DNA from: Botryllus schlosseri
Taxonomy: Eukaryota
NCBI GenBank assembly: GCA_051294905.1
Contig: CM119372.1
Location: 39,992,001 to 40,056,000 of the forward strand
Reading direction: 5' to 3'
DNA: 64,000 nt
Under the pieces are notes generated by a model. That model did no database searches. It had not been told where the DNA came from and saw nothing but the letters and a program-made list of their open reading frames with translations. Shown here piece by piece: positions 51,697 through 64,000 of the stretch; position 1 is the first letter of the stretch, and every line of letters begins with the position of its first letter. The position numbers were made by a program, and so were the translations under genes.

Positions 51697-54323
51697 CAGT
51701 AGTGGCTCGTCCTATAGGGCAACTGGGGCATTGCCCCACCTAATATTCTGTTCAGTAACAATTCTTTACCATTTATAGACGCACACCAATCTATATATAC
51801 CGAAATCACAGCGAAAATCGTATTCTTCTTGTCGTTTCGTTTGTTAATGCCCATATATAGCGAAGTCTGTGCGAAAATCGAATTCTCTTCCGCGTTTTCG
51901 CTTTGCGAATGCCTAGCCGGGGCATGCCCCGGTAGCGCTCATAACAAGCTTTCACTGTCTATTCTCTCAAAGCCGCGCACAATGAAGAAACGGTGATTTA
52001 CTCTCTCCTATTCGTAAAATGGCCGAGCAAGCGGGGCAAATATGCCTGGTCGCCCCTGAGGTGTGATGTAACAATCGTATCTATATCTGAACTCGATTAC
52101 CGTAATACGCGTTTAGTCGACCTTTGCTGGTATAGGTCGATTTTAATGGTGTTTCACACCATGAAAACTCTTGAAACTTGGTATGTCATGTCGTGATGGT
52201 GGTATTTAACACTGCCCCAAGTTACAGGGTTTCTACTTAAAGTTTAGGGTAGTAATTCCGTTTCCGAAGTTGAGTGTGTGCTGATCCGTCATGTATCGCT
52301 AACAGATTTTACTCAAAAGCCGGTATTGGTATCCATTGATTTTGACGATGTTCAATACTGAGATCGGTTATGAAATTTGGCACGGTAAGTCTTAATGTTA
52401 ATATCAAACGCTGTACCAAGCTTTAAGTTTGTCACTGAACTGTGTTAGTGGTAATTTCTTTTCCTAATTCGAGTGAGAGCTGACTCGTTATTTATCGCTA
52501 ACAGATTAAAAGCAAAGCCAGTCTTGGTATCTATTGATTTTAACGATGCTCCTTACCTAGATCCGTCATAAGATTTTGCATGGTATGTCTTGGTTTTAGT
52601 ATCGAACGCTGTGCCAAGTCTCAAGGTTGATACTCAGTGATTAGGGCAGTAATTTCGTTATCAAGGTCGAGTATGGTAGAGATGTGCTCAGATCTGACAC
52701 TTTAGCATATAACGCATTGCGGATTTCACGCAAAAGCCGGTGTATCTGCGGTAAAGTTAACTGAGATGATGATATCATTCTCAGTTTGCATTCAAATATT
52801 TACTTTGATATTATATTCTCCAATGTTAATTTCACCGTGAAATTGTGGCCTTCAAGCCATTTGCTCACAACCCCCTGCTGTCAAGCGAGATAGCTATTTC
52901 GTTTTCAAGGGCAGCTAACAGCTGATCACTTGATCAGCCTATTCCTCAGTAAATTTTACGCAAAGTTTGGTGCTGGTCTGTTCGCATTAATTTTGACAGT
53001 GTACCATACCGAAAAAGGGCATGAGACCACTTCTCGATGATGTCATGTAACAGTGTAATAAGTTTAAAGCTTTCATTCACGTATTTATTCGGTAATATAT
53101 TTTCCAAAGGCGATTTCGCAACAGACCTATAGACAGTAATAAAGCCGTATGTGTCGTGTTACAGTCTCCAGTTTGAAGGCCAAAATCTCCTATGCTGTAC
53201 CGAGACCGAATTTCCGAGGCTACTATTCTTAGTTCTTCAGAATGATGTTTTGGATTCAATATGACAGGCCCAATCTATGAGATAACAATTGCGTATCTGT
53301 CCGAACTCGTTGACCTTTCCACTTAGGCTTACGCTATCTCTAGTCTCGAGTTATAGTCATTTCCAGGTCTAGTGCGAACATGAATCGTGTTGAATCTTTG
53401 TTCCGTACGCCGTTTACGCAGTTACCACACTTCAAGTCACAGCTCACCGGCGGACCTCTCGTGGCACATACGTTAAAATCACAGTTGCCGGCAAATTCAT
53501 GTTACCGTACCATCATGAAGTTACTGGGCCATTCCATACACAGACAACCGATGTTCACATCACTACCTCTTCAAATCTCCTGAAATTTGGTACACACACA
53601 GAGGAGCCAATTTGATACAGGATGAACTTTATTTTATGAAAATTGGACTTCGGGGTCAAAAGTTACGCCACTTTGAAAATTGACAATTTTCTGCTCATTT
53701 CAGGTCTGCACATCTCGGTTTTTTTTTAATGAAATATTCAAGAAGGTGTAGCTAGATGATGGACGACAGTTGAGATACCGCACTTGGATTTATTTGAAGC
53801 TTGTCTGATCGTCCACATTTCCAAGTGAAATTTGATGCCCTGTAGGTTAGGGCCAAAGGTTAAATTGAGGGGGAAATCTAAAATCAGTCAGGCGTTACAC
53901 GATTTAGACTGCGGATTGCTCAAAAACATATTAATATATTTTGGAAAAAACGATCTTAAATGAAAGTTTGCTTCAAGGAGAATTCGTTCATAGCTGTTTG
54001 ATTTTGGTTTTTAGACTGTAAAGTGATGAAATTGCAGTTTCAAGAGCACACTTCATTTGTACATGGAAATACAGTACTAGTAGGGCGTGTTCGGACATCG
54101 AGTCCGGGGTGTGTGCGGACATCATGTCTGGGGTGTGTTCGGACTGTGTTGCCATTCGAACACCATGTCTGAGATGAGCTCGGACTGTTTTGCCCCTCGG
54201 ACATCGTGTCTGGGGTGTGTTCGGGACATCATGTCTTGGGTGCGTTTGGACAGTTTTGCAACTAGGACTTCGAGCCTAGGGTGTGTTCGTAACGTGTTGC
54301 CATATTGTCACGAGCTGCCACTG
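51697..54323. mobile_element. Non-autonomous hAT-like element inserted at the end of the Gypsy integrase
   Basis: TIR CAGTAGTGGCTCGT / ACGAGCTGCCACTG; TSD CGAACAAC / CGAACAAG (7/8). Contains ~200-bp degenerate tandem units (~52290-53000) and a GTGTTCGGACATC minisatellite (54085-54300). Confidence 0.8.
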
Positions 54324-54363
54324 CGAACAAGCCGAGTGCCTCATTAAAATAAGGAGGGGTGAA

Positions 54364-54625
54364 TGTTGTGTGGTTGTTGGTAAATTGATTCCGACTTCAG
54401 TTTTGTTGTGATTACCTTTCTGTGTTGATTATCATTCGTCGTAATGTACTGGCGTGGACTATAATGATTGCAGACTGTCTACCTGTTCCGCGTACTGAGA
54501 ACTGTTCTTCGTCTATGTTGCTGTTGTCTCAACTGTTGGTATTGCGAGTATCCTATTCAAGGTATTAGTTCATTTAAGCGAAGTCCTAATAAACTGCTTA
54601 CAAATATTGCTTCGTGCTCACAGCA
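54364..54625 (+). repeat. 3' LTR of the Gypsy element
   Basis: Starts TGTTGTG directly after the polypurine tract, contains AATAAA, ends CACAGCA (inverted match to start). Unrelated MITE sequence resumes immediately after. Confidence 0.7.
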
Positions 54626-55280
54626 ATGGCTTAACACTTTGATACAAGCTCTACTTACCGCGGCTGCATACATTAATATCCACATTTCAAAAAATATTTA
54701 TGAACCCTTAAAAATTTGTGCTGGAACTTATCATCGGTCCCCACCCGGTTGGTCGAAGGGCACACGACATGGGGACCTATGAGACGGACGCTCCAAGTCA
54801 AATGTTCCAAGTTTTCTTGCTGCTTAATAATTCTAATATATAAGCTACCGCGATAAAACACCACAGGTCGTTATTACAGACAGCACATATCTGTATGTAA
54901 GCGTGTTTCTGTTGTTGCATGATTAGTTGGTCCAACTATTTTGCTTGATTTGGCTTAGATATCATCGGCCTCCATTATATAAATTTTGTAATTGAATTGA
55001 AAAAATTCCTATCAAGGATGGTGTTGAACAAAATAATATGTGTCTTCATATAGCCTGACAAATTTATGCGTCGTTCGGAATTTATTTTACACCCTCCAAA
55101 ACAGAAAACATCCGTCACAGACCCACTAACTCGCGCATGTCGAAGTAATTTGCATGTTAGCAGTGATTCCGCCAGCATGCAATTGTAGACAAATTCATGG
55201 AGTGTAATCATGGGTTTATTATGGATCATTTTTCAAGTATTTTCGGTGCCATTGTCTCATCCGTCCCACATCTCCCCTAC
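54626..55280. mobile_element. Second, left-truncated copy of the 36457-37423 MITE; host of the Gypsy insertion
   Basis: Shares CACTTTGATACAAGCTCTAC, TCATCGGTCCCCACCCG, GCCAGCATGCAATTGTAGACAA and the right end CCACATCTCCCCTA. Confidence 0.8.
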
Positions 55281-56053
55281 ACAAAAACTCATCAGTAAAA
55301 TGGTTGACGTCGGTGTTCTGATGGAAAAATACCATTTCATATTTCTTCGAAAGTCAACGCTTCCTCGTTTAGTTCAGAATATCAGATGCGATGCTTCGTA
55401 GAATGAGTCACGCGGTGCCAGGTATTTCATAAACGATACCAGTGAGCTTGACTTCCTCAAAATTACAGTCACCGCAGTAACGTATCTAACTACCATTGCA
55501 AAGCTATATTGCAATCGATGAAAAAGTTGGCTGTGTAGAAAAAAATGCTATTCGGGATAAATCAGCGAATGCTGTACCAAGAAAGCCATTTCTGTGTGTA
55601 TGGCTCATTTTAAGTTATGGTAGCATTATCTTTAGAGCTGATGTCATGAATCAAATATTAGGGTTCGAGTTGAGTCGAGTATTTCGGTAACGCTATTTTA
55701 AACGTCAGATCATTATGAGTGATGTGTGGGAAGTTCAAGAGAATAAAAATAATAGAATGTCAGTTCTAAATCACATTTAAGATTATGTGGTGTTGTTTCG
55801 ACCATGCCCATTGCATAGCACTTTGTGACAATGCTGTGAGTTGATCACGACTTCACAGAAATCTCAATTCCATTAATTTGCATAGCTTTGTAATACATGT
55901 TTCGTATGCTGCGGCACGACCAATCGAGGATTACAGCCTTCCACAGCGGAAAATAGTATCCAAGCCGCAATTCTCGTTGATAAATTAACTCTTAGTGGCA
56001 ATGCAGCATATAATTCTAGTAATCGAAAAATTCATTTGTCATCGCCCAACTCG

Positions 56054-58147
56054 AAGGGTTGTCACACATACGGCCTGCGGGCCGCATCTAGCCCGCCAGA
56101 CCATTTCATCCGGCCCGCGAGGCCATTCTTAGAATATTGAAAAATCATCGCATTATCCATCAGATTTATAACAGAAGGTGAGATTGTTAGCAATAAACAT
56201 ACTTCGACGTAAATAATATCATCCATCAAGACAGCAAATGTCGAGCATGTTCAAAGTTCACATTAGAACCATCTGTCGACAGTTTCAAGTTATCAGTCAA
56301 GTAACCATAAGGAACAAGACGACGACATTGACACTACATTTTGAGAAGACAAAAAGTACACACTCAGTTCATTCAGAGTTTATTGAAAAAATGGGCCAAA
56401 TAATAGTTATTCACAGAGGCGGAAACGACAATCCGAAACCGTTACATGTAAAATATAAGGAGAATATCATAGATGCACAAAGAATTTAATTTAAATATCT
56501 TTGGTCGCTATGCTATTTCACCTTACTCTGACCCAAAAGACACCAGCCACGGTCTTCATAGAAACTATAGATCGGTGAATTGTTGATAAAAAAAATATTG
56601 AACAAAATTCCAATTTATAATCTCCTGTATTCCCGACTACGAATACGCGGGGCCAACGAGGCATCTCGACTAAAACAAGGGAATCATAGAAATATTCCAA
56701 CTTCTATTCTCGTCTAACTCACTGTTTTGGTGGCTTATAGCTGTATCCAATCGGCCAATTATCGTAGTTTTGTCAATTCTATTGTTTGCGAATAACGGTG
56801 TTGCTCGAATAGAGTCCTCGGCCCACATGCAGACTTGGACAACTAAAATATTTCCAGCTTTTCCGAATTAGATTAGAATTAGAATTAGAGTTACAGTTTT
56901 TTTCAAATTAGATTAGAATTAGAATTAAGCTAGGCAGTTTTTCGAAATTAGATTAGAATTAGAATTAGAGGTACACAATTTTTCAAAATTAGATTAGAAT
57001 TAGAATTAAAGTTACACAGCTTTTCCAAATTAAATTAGATTAGAATTAGAATTACTGAATTCGCAAAAAAAAACTTGGAAATGGAATGAAATTGTGAATG
57101 AGAAATAAATGCGGCAAAAATCAAGTTCAGTTGGTATCAAATCACAGTGCGTTCCCATAACCACGATAATGATTAGCGTCTGTTCACCACGCTTGGCTCG
57201 CTTTGCACTCAGCAGGGGTCACAAAGACGCGGGCCACATGCGGCCGGCGATCTGATTTGTGATTTTGGAGGAACGTGAATCATCATCATCATCATTGGTT
57301 TATTAGCAATTTTATCAGTTCAATACACCACAAAAATGCGATACAATGAAAAGACAGGAAGATGTTGAAGCGACAAGGAGTAGTCTATGGAATCTGACAC
57401 CCACCTTGGCCTAGGGGATGTAAAGAGGAGGCATGCACACTGAATGAAAGTAAAGAAGATAGTATAGAAGAAGAATGCGACAAGAAATAGGGCGGCATGT
57501 CATGGGAAGCGAGATCGATAGGTCAGTCGTGGTCCGGTAAAAGTAAAGTATTATTGTTGGTATTTCAAAATATGATATTCGCCTGTGGCCAACAACGCTA
57601 TTCCGCACTAGCTGAAACGGCTTCGGAGTTGCACTAACGCATGGCTATTATTCGTCACAATTACTACTATGATTGCAAGTACGGCATAAGTAATGCGATG
57701 GTGGCTTTTGGTACTGGATTTTCCTGCGCGAGAAGGATATTTTTGTTAACTCGCTGCAAATTGCCGCGGACCACAAGGTATTTTCCGGAAAACAATAAAT
57801 TAGATTAGAATTAGAATTAGCACATAGGACCATTTCATGAATTAGATTAGAATTGGAATTAAAGCATCGAAACGTTTCACAAATTATATTAGAATTAGAT
57901 TACTGGCATTTCGCTCAAATTTAGTGAAATTAGACAACTAGAATTATATAGTTGTACAAGTCTGCCACATGATACATCATATAATGGAGAATACTATTTT
58001 GCATAGCGTTGATAATAAGAAAGCATTCCAGTTGAAAACAAATATATGGATTTCGAGGTAAATATTGGAATTATTTGACTAGTCGGCCCGCGAGCGATTG
58101 GAACTCTTGAATCCGACCCGCGACCGAAGTTGAGTTTGACACCCCTG
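56054..58147. mobile_element. hAT Charlie-type element (GGCCCGCG subterminal repeats) inside a family-A MITE
   Basis: Left AGGGTTGTCACACATACGGCCTGCGGGCCGCA, right GAGTTTGACACCCCTG; family-A sequence resumes at 58148. Confidence 0.75.
56830..57964. mobile_element. CAGACTTGGACAACTA MITE with AATTAG tandem repeats (family also near 19920, 20480, 30470 and elsewhere)
   Basis: TIR CAGACTTGGACAACTA / TAGTTGTACAAGTCTG; flanking duplication CCACATG. Confidence 0.8.
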
Positions 58148-58407
58148 CATTAGAATGAATACTCGATTCAGATTCAGGTGCTCGAATCATTGTGCACTGC
58201 CCTAATAAAATGCTACGCATATACACTTGTACAGTCATCTACCCAATATCGCCTATCTTATTACGTTCAGTAGGATACACAACGTCACGACAGCTTATGT
58301 GAAATATGAAAATGCCGCTCCACATCTGGATACTTTTGACGATCGGATCCGTGATCTACCGGCGTTCATCAGGTATATGAAGAATTCGCATTTGAATTCG
58401 AATCGGT

Positions 58408-59560
58408 CACCAGGTTTGGTTCAATTTGTTTGAAATAAGGTCAGATTTGTTTGAAATGAGGTCAGTCTCATGCTTGAAATGAGGATAGTCATGTGAGAAA
58501 TAAGGATAGTCATGTTTGAAATAAGGATAGTCGCTATATTCACTATGAGGTCAGTTGCAGTACCAGGCGCGATTTACCAGTGGTAACCCAGTCCGAACAC
58601 ATCCCAGACATGATGTCCGAACACGCCCCAGACACCATGTCTGAATGACAACGCAGAACAAACACATCTCAGACACCATGTCCTAATGGCAGCACATGCC
58701 GAACACACCTCAGACATGATGTCCCAACTCGCCGCGTGTTCAGACATCATGTTTGGTGCTTGTTCGGACATGGTGTTTTGGTCGTGTTCGGCCTGTGTTG
58801 ACACTAGGACATCGTGTCTGGCGCGTGTTCGCACATCATGTTTGGTGCTTGTTCGGACATGGCGTCTTGGCCGTGTTCGGCCTGTGTTGACACTAGGACA
58901 TCGTGTCTGGAGCGTGTTCGCACATCATGTTTGGTGCTTGTTCGGACATGGTGTTTTGGTCGTGTTCGGCCTGTGTTGATACTCGGACATCGTGTCTGGC
59001 ACGTGTTCGGACATCATGTCTTGCGCGTGTTCTGACATGGTGTCTCGGTCGTGTTCGGCCTGTGTTGACACTCGGACATCGTGTCTGAGGTGTGTTCGGC
59101 ATGTGCTACCATTAGGACATGATGTCTTGGGTGTGTTCGGCCTGTGTTGATACCTGGACATCGTGTCGGGGGCGTGTTCGGACATCATGTCTGGGGTGTG
59201 TTAGGACTGTGTTGACACTAGGACATCATGTCTTGGGCGTGTTCGGACATCATGTCTGAGGTGTGTTCGGCATGTGCTGCCATTAGGACATGGTGTCTTA
59301 GATGTGTTTGGCCTGTGTTGTCATTCAGACATGGTGTCTGGGTCGTGTTCGGATATCATGTCTGGGATGTGTTCGGACTGGGTTACTACTGGGAAATCGT
59401 GCCTGGTTCTGCAACTGACCTTATAGAGAATATAGCGACTATCCTTATTTCAAACATTACTATCCTTATTTCTAACATGACTATCCTCATTTCAAACATG
59501 AGACTGACCTCATTTTAAACAAATCTGACCTTATTTCAAACAAATCGAACCAACCCTCCT
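58408..59560. mobile_element. Foldback element with ~320-bp TIRs and an internal 89-bp tandem array (MULE/Rehavkus-like)
   Basis: 58411-58730 is the reverse complement of ~59240-59557; TIRs contain 21-bp units (TTGAAATAAGGATAGTCATG-like); flanked by direct repeat (T)CGAATCGGT at 58398-58407 and 59560-59569. Confidence 0.85.
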
Positions 59561-59774
59561 CGAATCGGTTGGAAATTTGTTACTTTTAGCACAATTTTGC
59601 GTGAGACGATACGTCAACGGCAAGTGGATCTCGAACGGAGATTGTGGGGTTGGTATAATAGTAGTTTTACGTCACCGCTGATTGATCTATTATGTGTACG
59701 TTTCATGAAGGGTCCGGAAAGGATGTCGATGATGCAAAAGGAAATTCAACTCAGAGCGAAAAATGAGAAGTGTA

Positions 59775-59824
59775 GTGAGTAGAATTGTGAGTAGAATTGT
59801 GAGTAGAATTGTGAGTAGAATTGT
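59775..59824 (+). repeat. 12-bp tandem repeat (GTGAGTAGAATT)x4
   Basis: Directly visible. Confidence 0.95.
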
Positions 59825-59980
59825 AAATGTTTCAAAGATCGAGTTTTTGTCACGTCATTAACTGCTTGGTTCAAGAAAGGTCGAGGCGGCATAACATTGT
59901 GAACCAAAACCTCAAAAGATGAAGAGAAGAGAATTCCCGCGATATCTGATACTTTGACTGTTTACTGAATTACGTTGTAG

Positions 59981-61507
59981 GTTTTCCAGCGAAGAATGAT
60001 CGGAAACGTAAGTTTCTACCGAAATTGGACTGAGTACGAGAAAGGATTCGGGAATCGTGACGGCGATTTCTGGCTCGGTAAGAAAGTTTTGTATTACATT
60101 TGACTCTTTAAAGTTGTACGATTTATTCGATCTTAACTTGGCTAGTATCTGAGGAATAAAGCTCACTCTGTAATGAACGAAGCAATCTACGTCGTGTAGC
60201 GGTTTATGGTTTCATGCATTTTTACCTGGAAAAGCAGTTTACTTGAAAATCAACGCCTTCTATCATTTCACAACGTTTGTCTCAAGGAATTAAGGAATTG
60301 CATGAACTGACCAACGAGGGAAATATGGAATTGGAAATCATCATGATCAGGAAAGATAAAGAAATTGATTGGGTGGCTAAATACAGGCAAGAGCTATTTC
60401 AATGCATCAATGTCCACGCCGACTTGGACATATATGTATAAAAAATTATTGAATAAACATGAAAAAGGTGTCCACTGGTTGAAAACCACTGGCTTGTGAG
60501 TGAATGCACAGAGAGTATTATGATTTGCGTTTTGAAATACTTTGAGTCTGTATTGCGAGCAATAACCTTAATACACGATCATATGATATAAAAATAAGGC
60601 CTCTCGATGAGTAGGCCTTGTCAAAATTGAGTACATGAGTGATCGGTGTATGAGTTGAGAGTTAAACGTTAAGTCGAATCGAGTATTCGGGTATTCGGAA
60701 GAAATCATAACCATATTGAAAATGCGCAGAGCTGGAATTTATACCTTATACGCAACTAGAAAGAATATAATGGCATGCAGGTGTACATCACATTCAAGAT
60801 AATTTGGTCTTTTTTCGACCACGCCTATTTCAGTACACGTTGTGACCACGCTGTAGGTTGATCACGACATCACAGATATGTCATTTCCACTAACGTAGCT
60901 GTGCACTGCATGATTCGTATGCTGCGATACGACTAATATAGGCTTCAAAGTTTCCACGGTGGAAACTTCAATTTCCGTTGATAAATGAAGTTTGTATAAT
61001 TTCAGTGCTCCTGAAAGTCATTTATCACCACTCTGCTCGAATCATTGCAGAAAATACTCTCGATTCCTATTCGAGTACTCGATTTATTGTGCCCAGCCCT
61101 GGTGCTGGGACTTCTGCCACTGTTTTGTCTCAATGTCGTTATCATAAAGCCCCGAACTCTAATTTCTGATTGGATTTATGCAACATTCGTGATAATTCTT
61201 ATTATCCAGCAATTTCAAAGTAGGAAACGGTTCCGACAACTACAGACTTAACGTATCCGGACACTTCGATACACTGGCACGTCTAAACAACATGCAATTT
61301 TCAACGAAAGACATCGATAACGATGCTTGGGCTGAGGTAAATTGCGCAAAGTCCCGCGAAGGAGGCTGGTGGTATCGTCAATGCACCACCGCCAATCTGA
61401 ACGGAAATTTCAACAAAAAAGGATACAAGGGATTTTATTGGGGGTTAAATCATACCCGCTTTCCCTATCTGAGCTACTCGGAGATGAGGTTCCGAACAAG
61501 ATTGTGA
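59981..61507 (+). CDS. Fibrinogen-related domain (FReD; ficolin/tenascin/angiopoietin-like) gene, last three exons join(59981-60077,60287-60386,61210-61507)
   Basis: Translates VFQRRMIGNVSFYRNWTEYEKGFGNRDGDFWLG|IKELHELTNEGNMELEI...AKYS|NFKVGNGSDNYRLNVSG...MQFSTKDIDND...NCAKSREGGWWYRQCTTANLNG...YSEMRFRTRL*, all classic FBG motifs. 97+100+298 nt stay in frame. Upstream exons not resolved. Confidence 0.9.
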
Positions 61508-61640
61508 AAACTTGAGTTCGGTGTATTCTTTTATACTAATATTTCTTAACCTTTTTAGCGCTCGTAGCCCTTGCGCTTTCATTAAAATATCTCGCTCCCC
61601 CTGTCCATGATCAGCACAGCACCTCGTCAGGCGCCTCGAA

Positions 61641-62366
61641 CAGACTTGCATAAACTATCAACCTCGTTAGTTGATGGTCAACTAAATACTGATTTTTTGA
61701 GTAGTTACAGTTGCGGATTTTGAATAGTGAGTAATTCTAGTTCTAGTTCTAGTTGCGAGTTTTGAAAAGTGAGCAGTTCTAATTGTAGGTTTACTAGTTA
61801 GTCTTAAAAAGTGAGTAGTTCTAGGTCTAGTTCCAGTTGCGAGTTTTCAGAAGTGAGTAATTCCAGTTCTAGTTCTAGTTGCGAGTTTTGAAAAGTGAGC
61901 AGTTCTAGTTCTAGATCTAGTTGCGAGTTTTGAAAAGCGAGTAGTTCTAGTTCTGGGTCCAGTAGCGAGTTTTGAAAAGTGAGTGGTTCTAGTTCTATTT
62001 CTAGTTCTAGTTGCGAGTTTTGAAAAGTGAGTAGTTCTAGCTTTAGGTTTATTTTTTGTGGTATTCATGGAGTTTGTCGACATGGTCATCTACACCAGGC
62101 CAATATTCTTTATTTTTATTCCGTATCTGCCGACTTGTAGCACACAGCCCACTTCTAGGCTTTTTTTTAAGACGCCGCTTGCACGGATGAGATGGTGAGG
62201 GCGAGCCTAGATAAATCTCCAATACTTAGGTATAGGAATTCAGGAATCGACCTCGGTCGCACTCGAACTCGCAACCCATTGGTGTTGCAGCAGTGGATTA
62301 CACCTCAATTTCTAGGTTCTAGTTCTAGTTGAGCATCTTGGAAATGCAGTAGTTTGTAGAAGTCTG
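61641..62366. mobile_element. CAGACTTG MITE with TTCTAG/GCGAGTTTTGAAAAGTGAG tandem array and a SINE insertion (family also ~2860-3055, 13700-13990, 14790-15340, 30720-31840)
   Basis: Starts CAGACTTGCATAAACTA, ends TAGTTTGTAGAAGTCTG; ~35-40-bp tandem units at 61700-62040. Confidence 0.7.
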
Positions 62367-64000
62367 GCCCTCGAACCCCCGCAGGGTGTGCAACACTTCT
62401 TCTGACACTGGCTACTTCATCGCTACCCTTCACACTTACGGTACACAAGCAAACACACTCTTTCCGTACAGAACGACACTCCGGATTACGCAATTCACAA
62501 ACGCAAGACTGATTTATGTATTGCCATCAGCCTTCCACACATTTCATGCGTGAAATTGTGGTTAATGAATGAATTTCGTGAAATACTGGATAAGATTCGC
62601 TATACTCAAATAATATTGATATCGCTCACACGTTCCAGACCGAACCGCAATAAAACTACTTTCGTTACACGTAAACTATTTCAAATTCTCATTTCTTGTA
62701 CTGCTCCCAGCATTTTTGTGGGGCCAGTAGTCTCGCACCAGCAGGTCGTATTACGCGCACTATATTAAAGCATCCCAACGGCCCAGGCCTGAGACCAGGT
62801 GGGTGACTGATTTCAAAGACTACTCCTAGTCGTTTCGAAAACTTCCTCTCTTTTCATTGTAACGCAGTCCCGTGGGGTTTTTTAATTAAACTAATCAAAA
62901 AACAAACAGAACTCAACAGCCCAAGCGAAAGAAATGACATAAACTTTTTCCTCATAATTGCGAAGACGGATCAACTAATTCTGTTAATTATGCGTATGTT
63001 TGATATCTTTACTGTTACGATTGTTTGAGAGGGTGTAGACATACTAAATTATGAAAAAATATGTTGCTATGAAATCAGAAAATTCCCTAGTTGTGTAAAT
63101 CCGCCCAAGAAATAATGCACGTGATATGTTACTTCGAGAAGTAATTTTGGCTCTAAATTCCATATAATTCCACTATGCATCACGAACCCTGATTTGATGC
63201 ATTCATACTCCGAAGGGATCCATAGATCCAGACTATGCACCCATGTTTTATACGGAATGAAAAAATTAAAAACATATGGGGCCCTCTTACAAGGTTATAC
63301 AGCACTCCATGGATCTCCCAATTCATGGTTTAATCTTGCTGATCGCACATTATATACTTGGTATAGCGGATATGTTGAATTGAACTTTTACTTGGATTGA
63401 ATTAGCATCCGCAAAATTCCGAACTATCCGAATGGGGTCACGATTTTCGTGCTCGTGGACGTTAAAGCTGTGGTTTCTGTGACGGGGAAATGGTCGTCGA
63501 ACTTTGTGATATCAGTTGAAATGCTGCTGGGAATTTTGGTTTAAAGCGAGAAAGACCTACTGTTTCATACCAATGATCGGAAACTACTCGCATTTTTCTC
63601 TTCCAGATTTATAGACTTGTGCATAAAACCAATATCGCGTTGCATACAAACCTGGACAACTACAGAAATCCATAAAATGGAGAAATCTATTTGTCTAATT
63701 TGGCTGATTGCAGCGAAATCCCTGTAATCTAATTCTGGTGCAATCTGTGAACTGTTTCTACGCTCTAATTTTAATTGGAAACAAATTTCTGGTTTCATGA
63801 AAATGTTACACGAGAATTGTACAGCGCGACACGAGCAGTGTACATACCTTTGTTATTGTCATGCTTATGGGAATGAAGTCTGATTTGACATGGACCGAAC
63901 TTGATTTCTGTTTTATTCTTTGTAATCCGGAATTGATTTCAATCTCCAAGTTTTTGCGAATTAATGCAGAAAACTCTGAAGCTGTCATTCTAATCTAATT

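Larger units (their letters stand above)
38230..54625 (+). mobile_element. Degraded Ty3/Gypsy LTR retrotransposon (pol plus 3' LTR; gag and 5' LTR missing), split by two hAT insertions
   Basis: Order is protease LVDTGS, RT (SSPWRAQPLVV, RMCIDYS, FDLKSA, YLDN), RNase H, integrase (DEFSRFPF, HSDRG, NAQVERYNG). Sequence resumes at 51321-51696 and 54324-54363; PPT AAGGAGGGGTGAA at 54351-54363. Left boundary approximate. Confidence 0.9.

Noticed and set aside
58574..59518. Cluster of repetitive ORFs and a CRISPR-like regular array
   Set aside because: Units are tandem 89-bp and 21-bp repeats without unique spacers, inside a eukaryotic foldback element; no cas genes; the ORFs are repeat translations.
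61847..62089. Repetitive ORF (THFSKLATRTRT)n
   Set aside because: Translation of a MITE tandem array.

Overview
AT-rich, intron-containing eukaryotic DNA from an invertebrate animal (ascidian-like by impression only), dominated by transposable elements. Two host genes are supported. (1) A minus-strand forkhead-box transcription factor: six coding exons reconstructed in frame (15446->1, at least 737 codons, running off the window), whose last visible exon encodes a C2H2 zinc finger. (2) The last three exons of a plus-strand fibrinogen-related-domain (FReD) gene (59981-61507), one intron of which uses a GC donor. Between them lies a deep transposon nest (~38.2-55.3 kb). A degraded Gypsy element sits in a pogo-like MITE and is split by a 10.7-kb hAT transposon (ZMYM1/Tip100-like transposase). 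That hAT carries a Charlie-type MITE, a non-autonomous hAT element with a 590-bp foldback inside, and a very young gag-only BEL/Pao LTR element. The most interesting signal is in that BEL element: it has no tRNA-type primer-binding site, and the 11 nt next to its 5' LTR are perfectly complementary to an 11-mer inside the LTR about 30 nt downstream of a TATA-like motif, which is the geometry of Tf1-type self-priming. The rest is MITEs, two tRNA-derived SINE families, a LINE-like tail and a foldback element.
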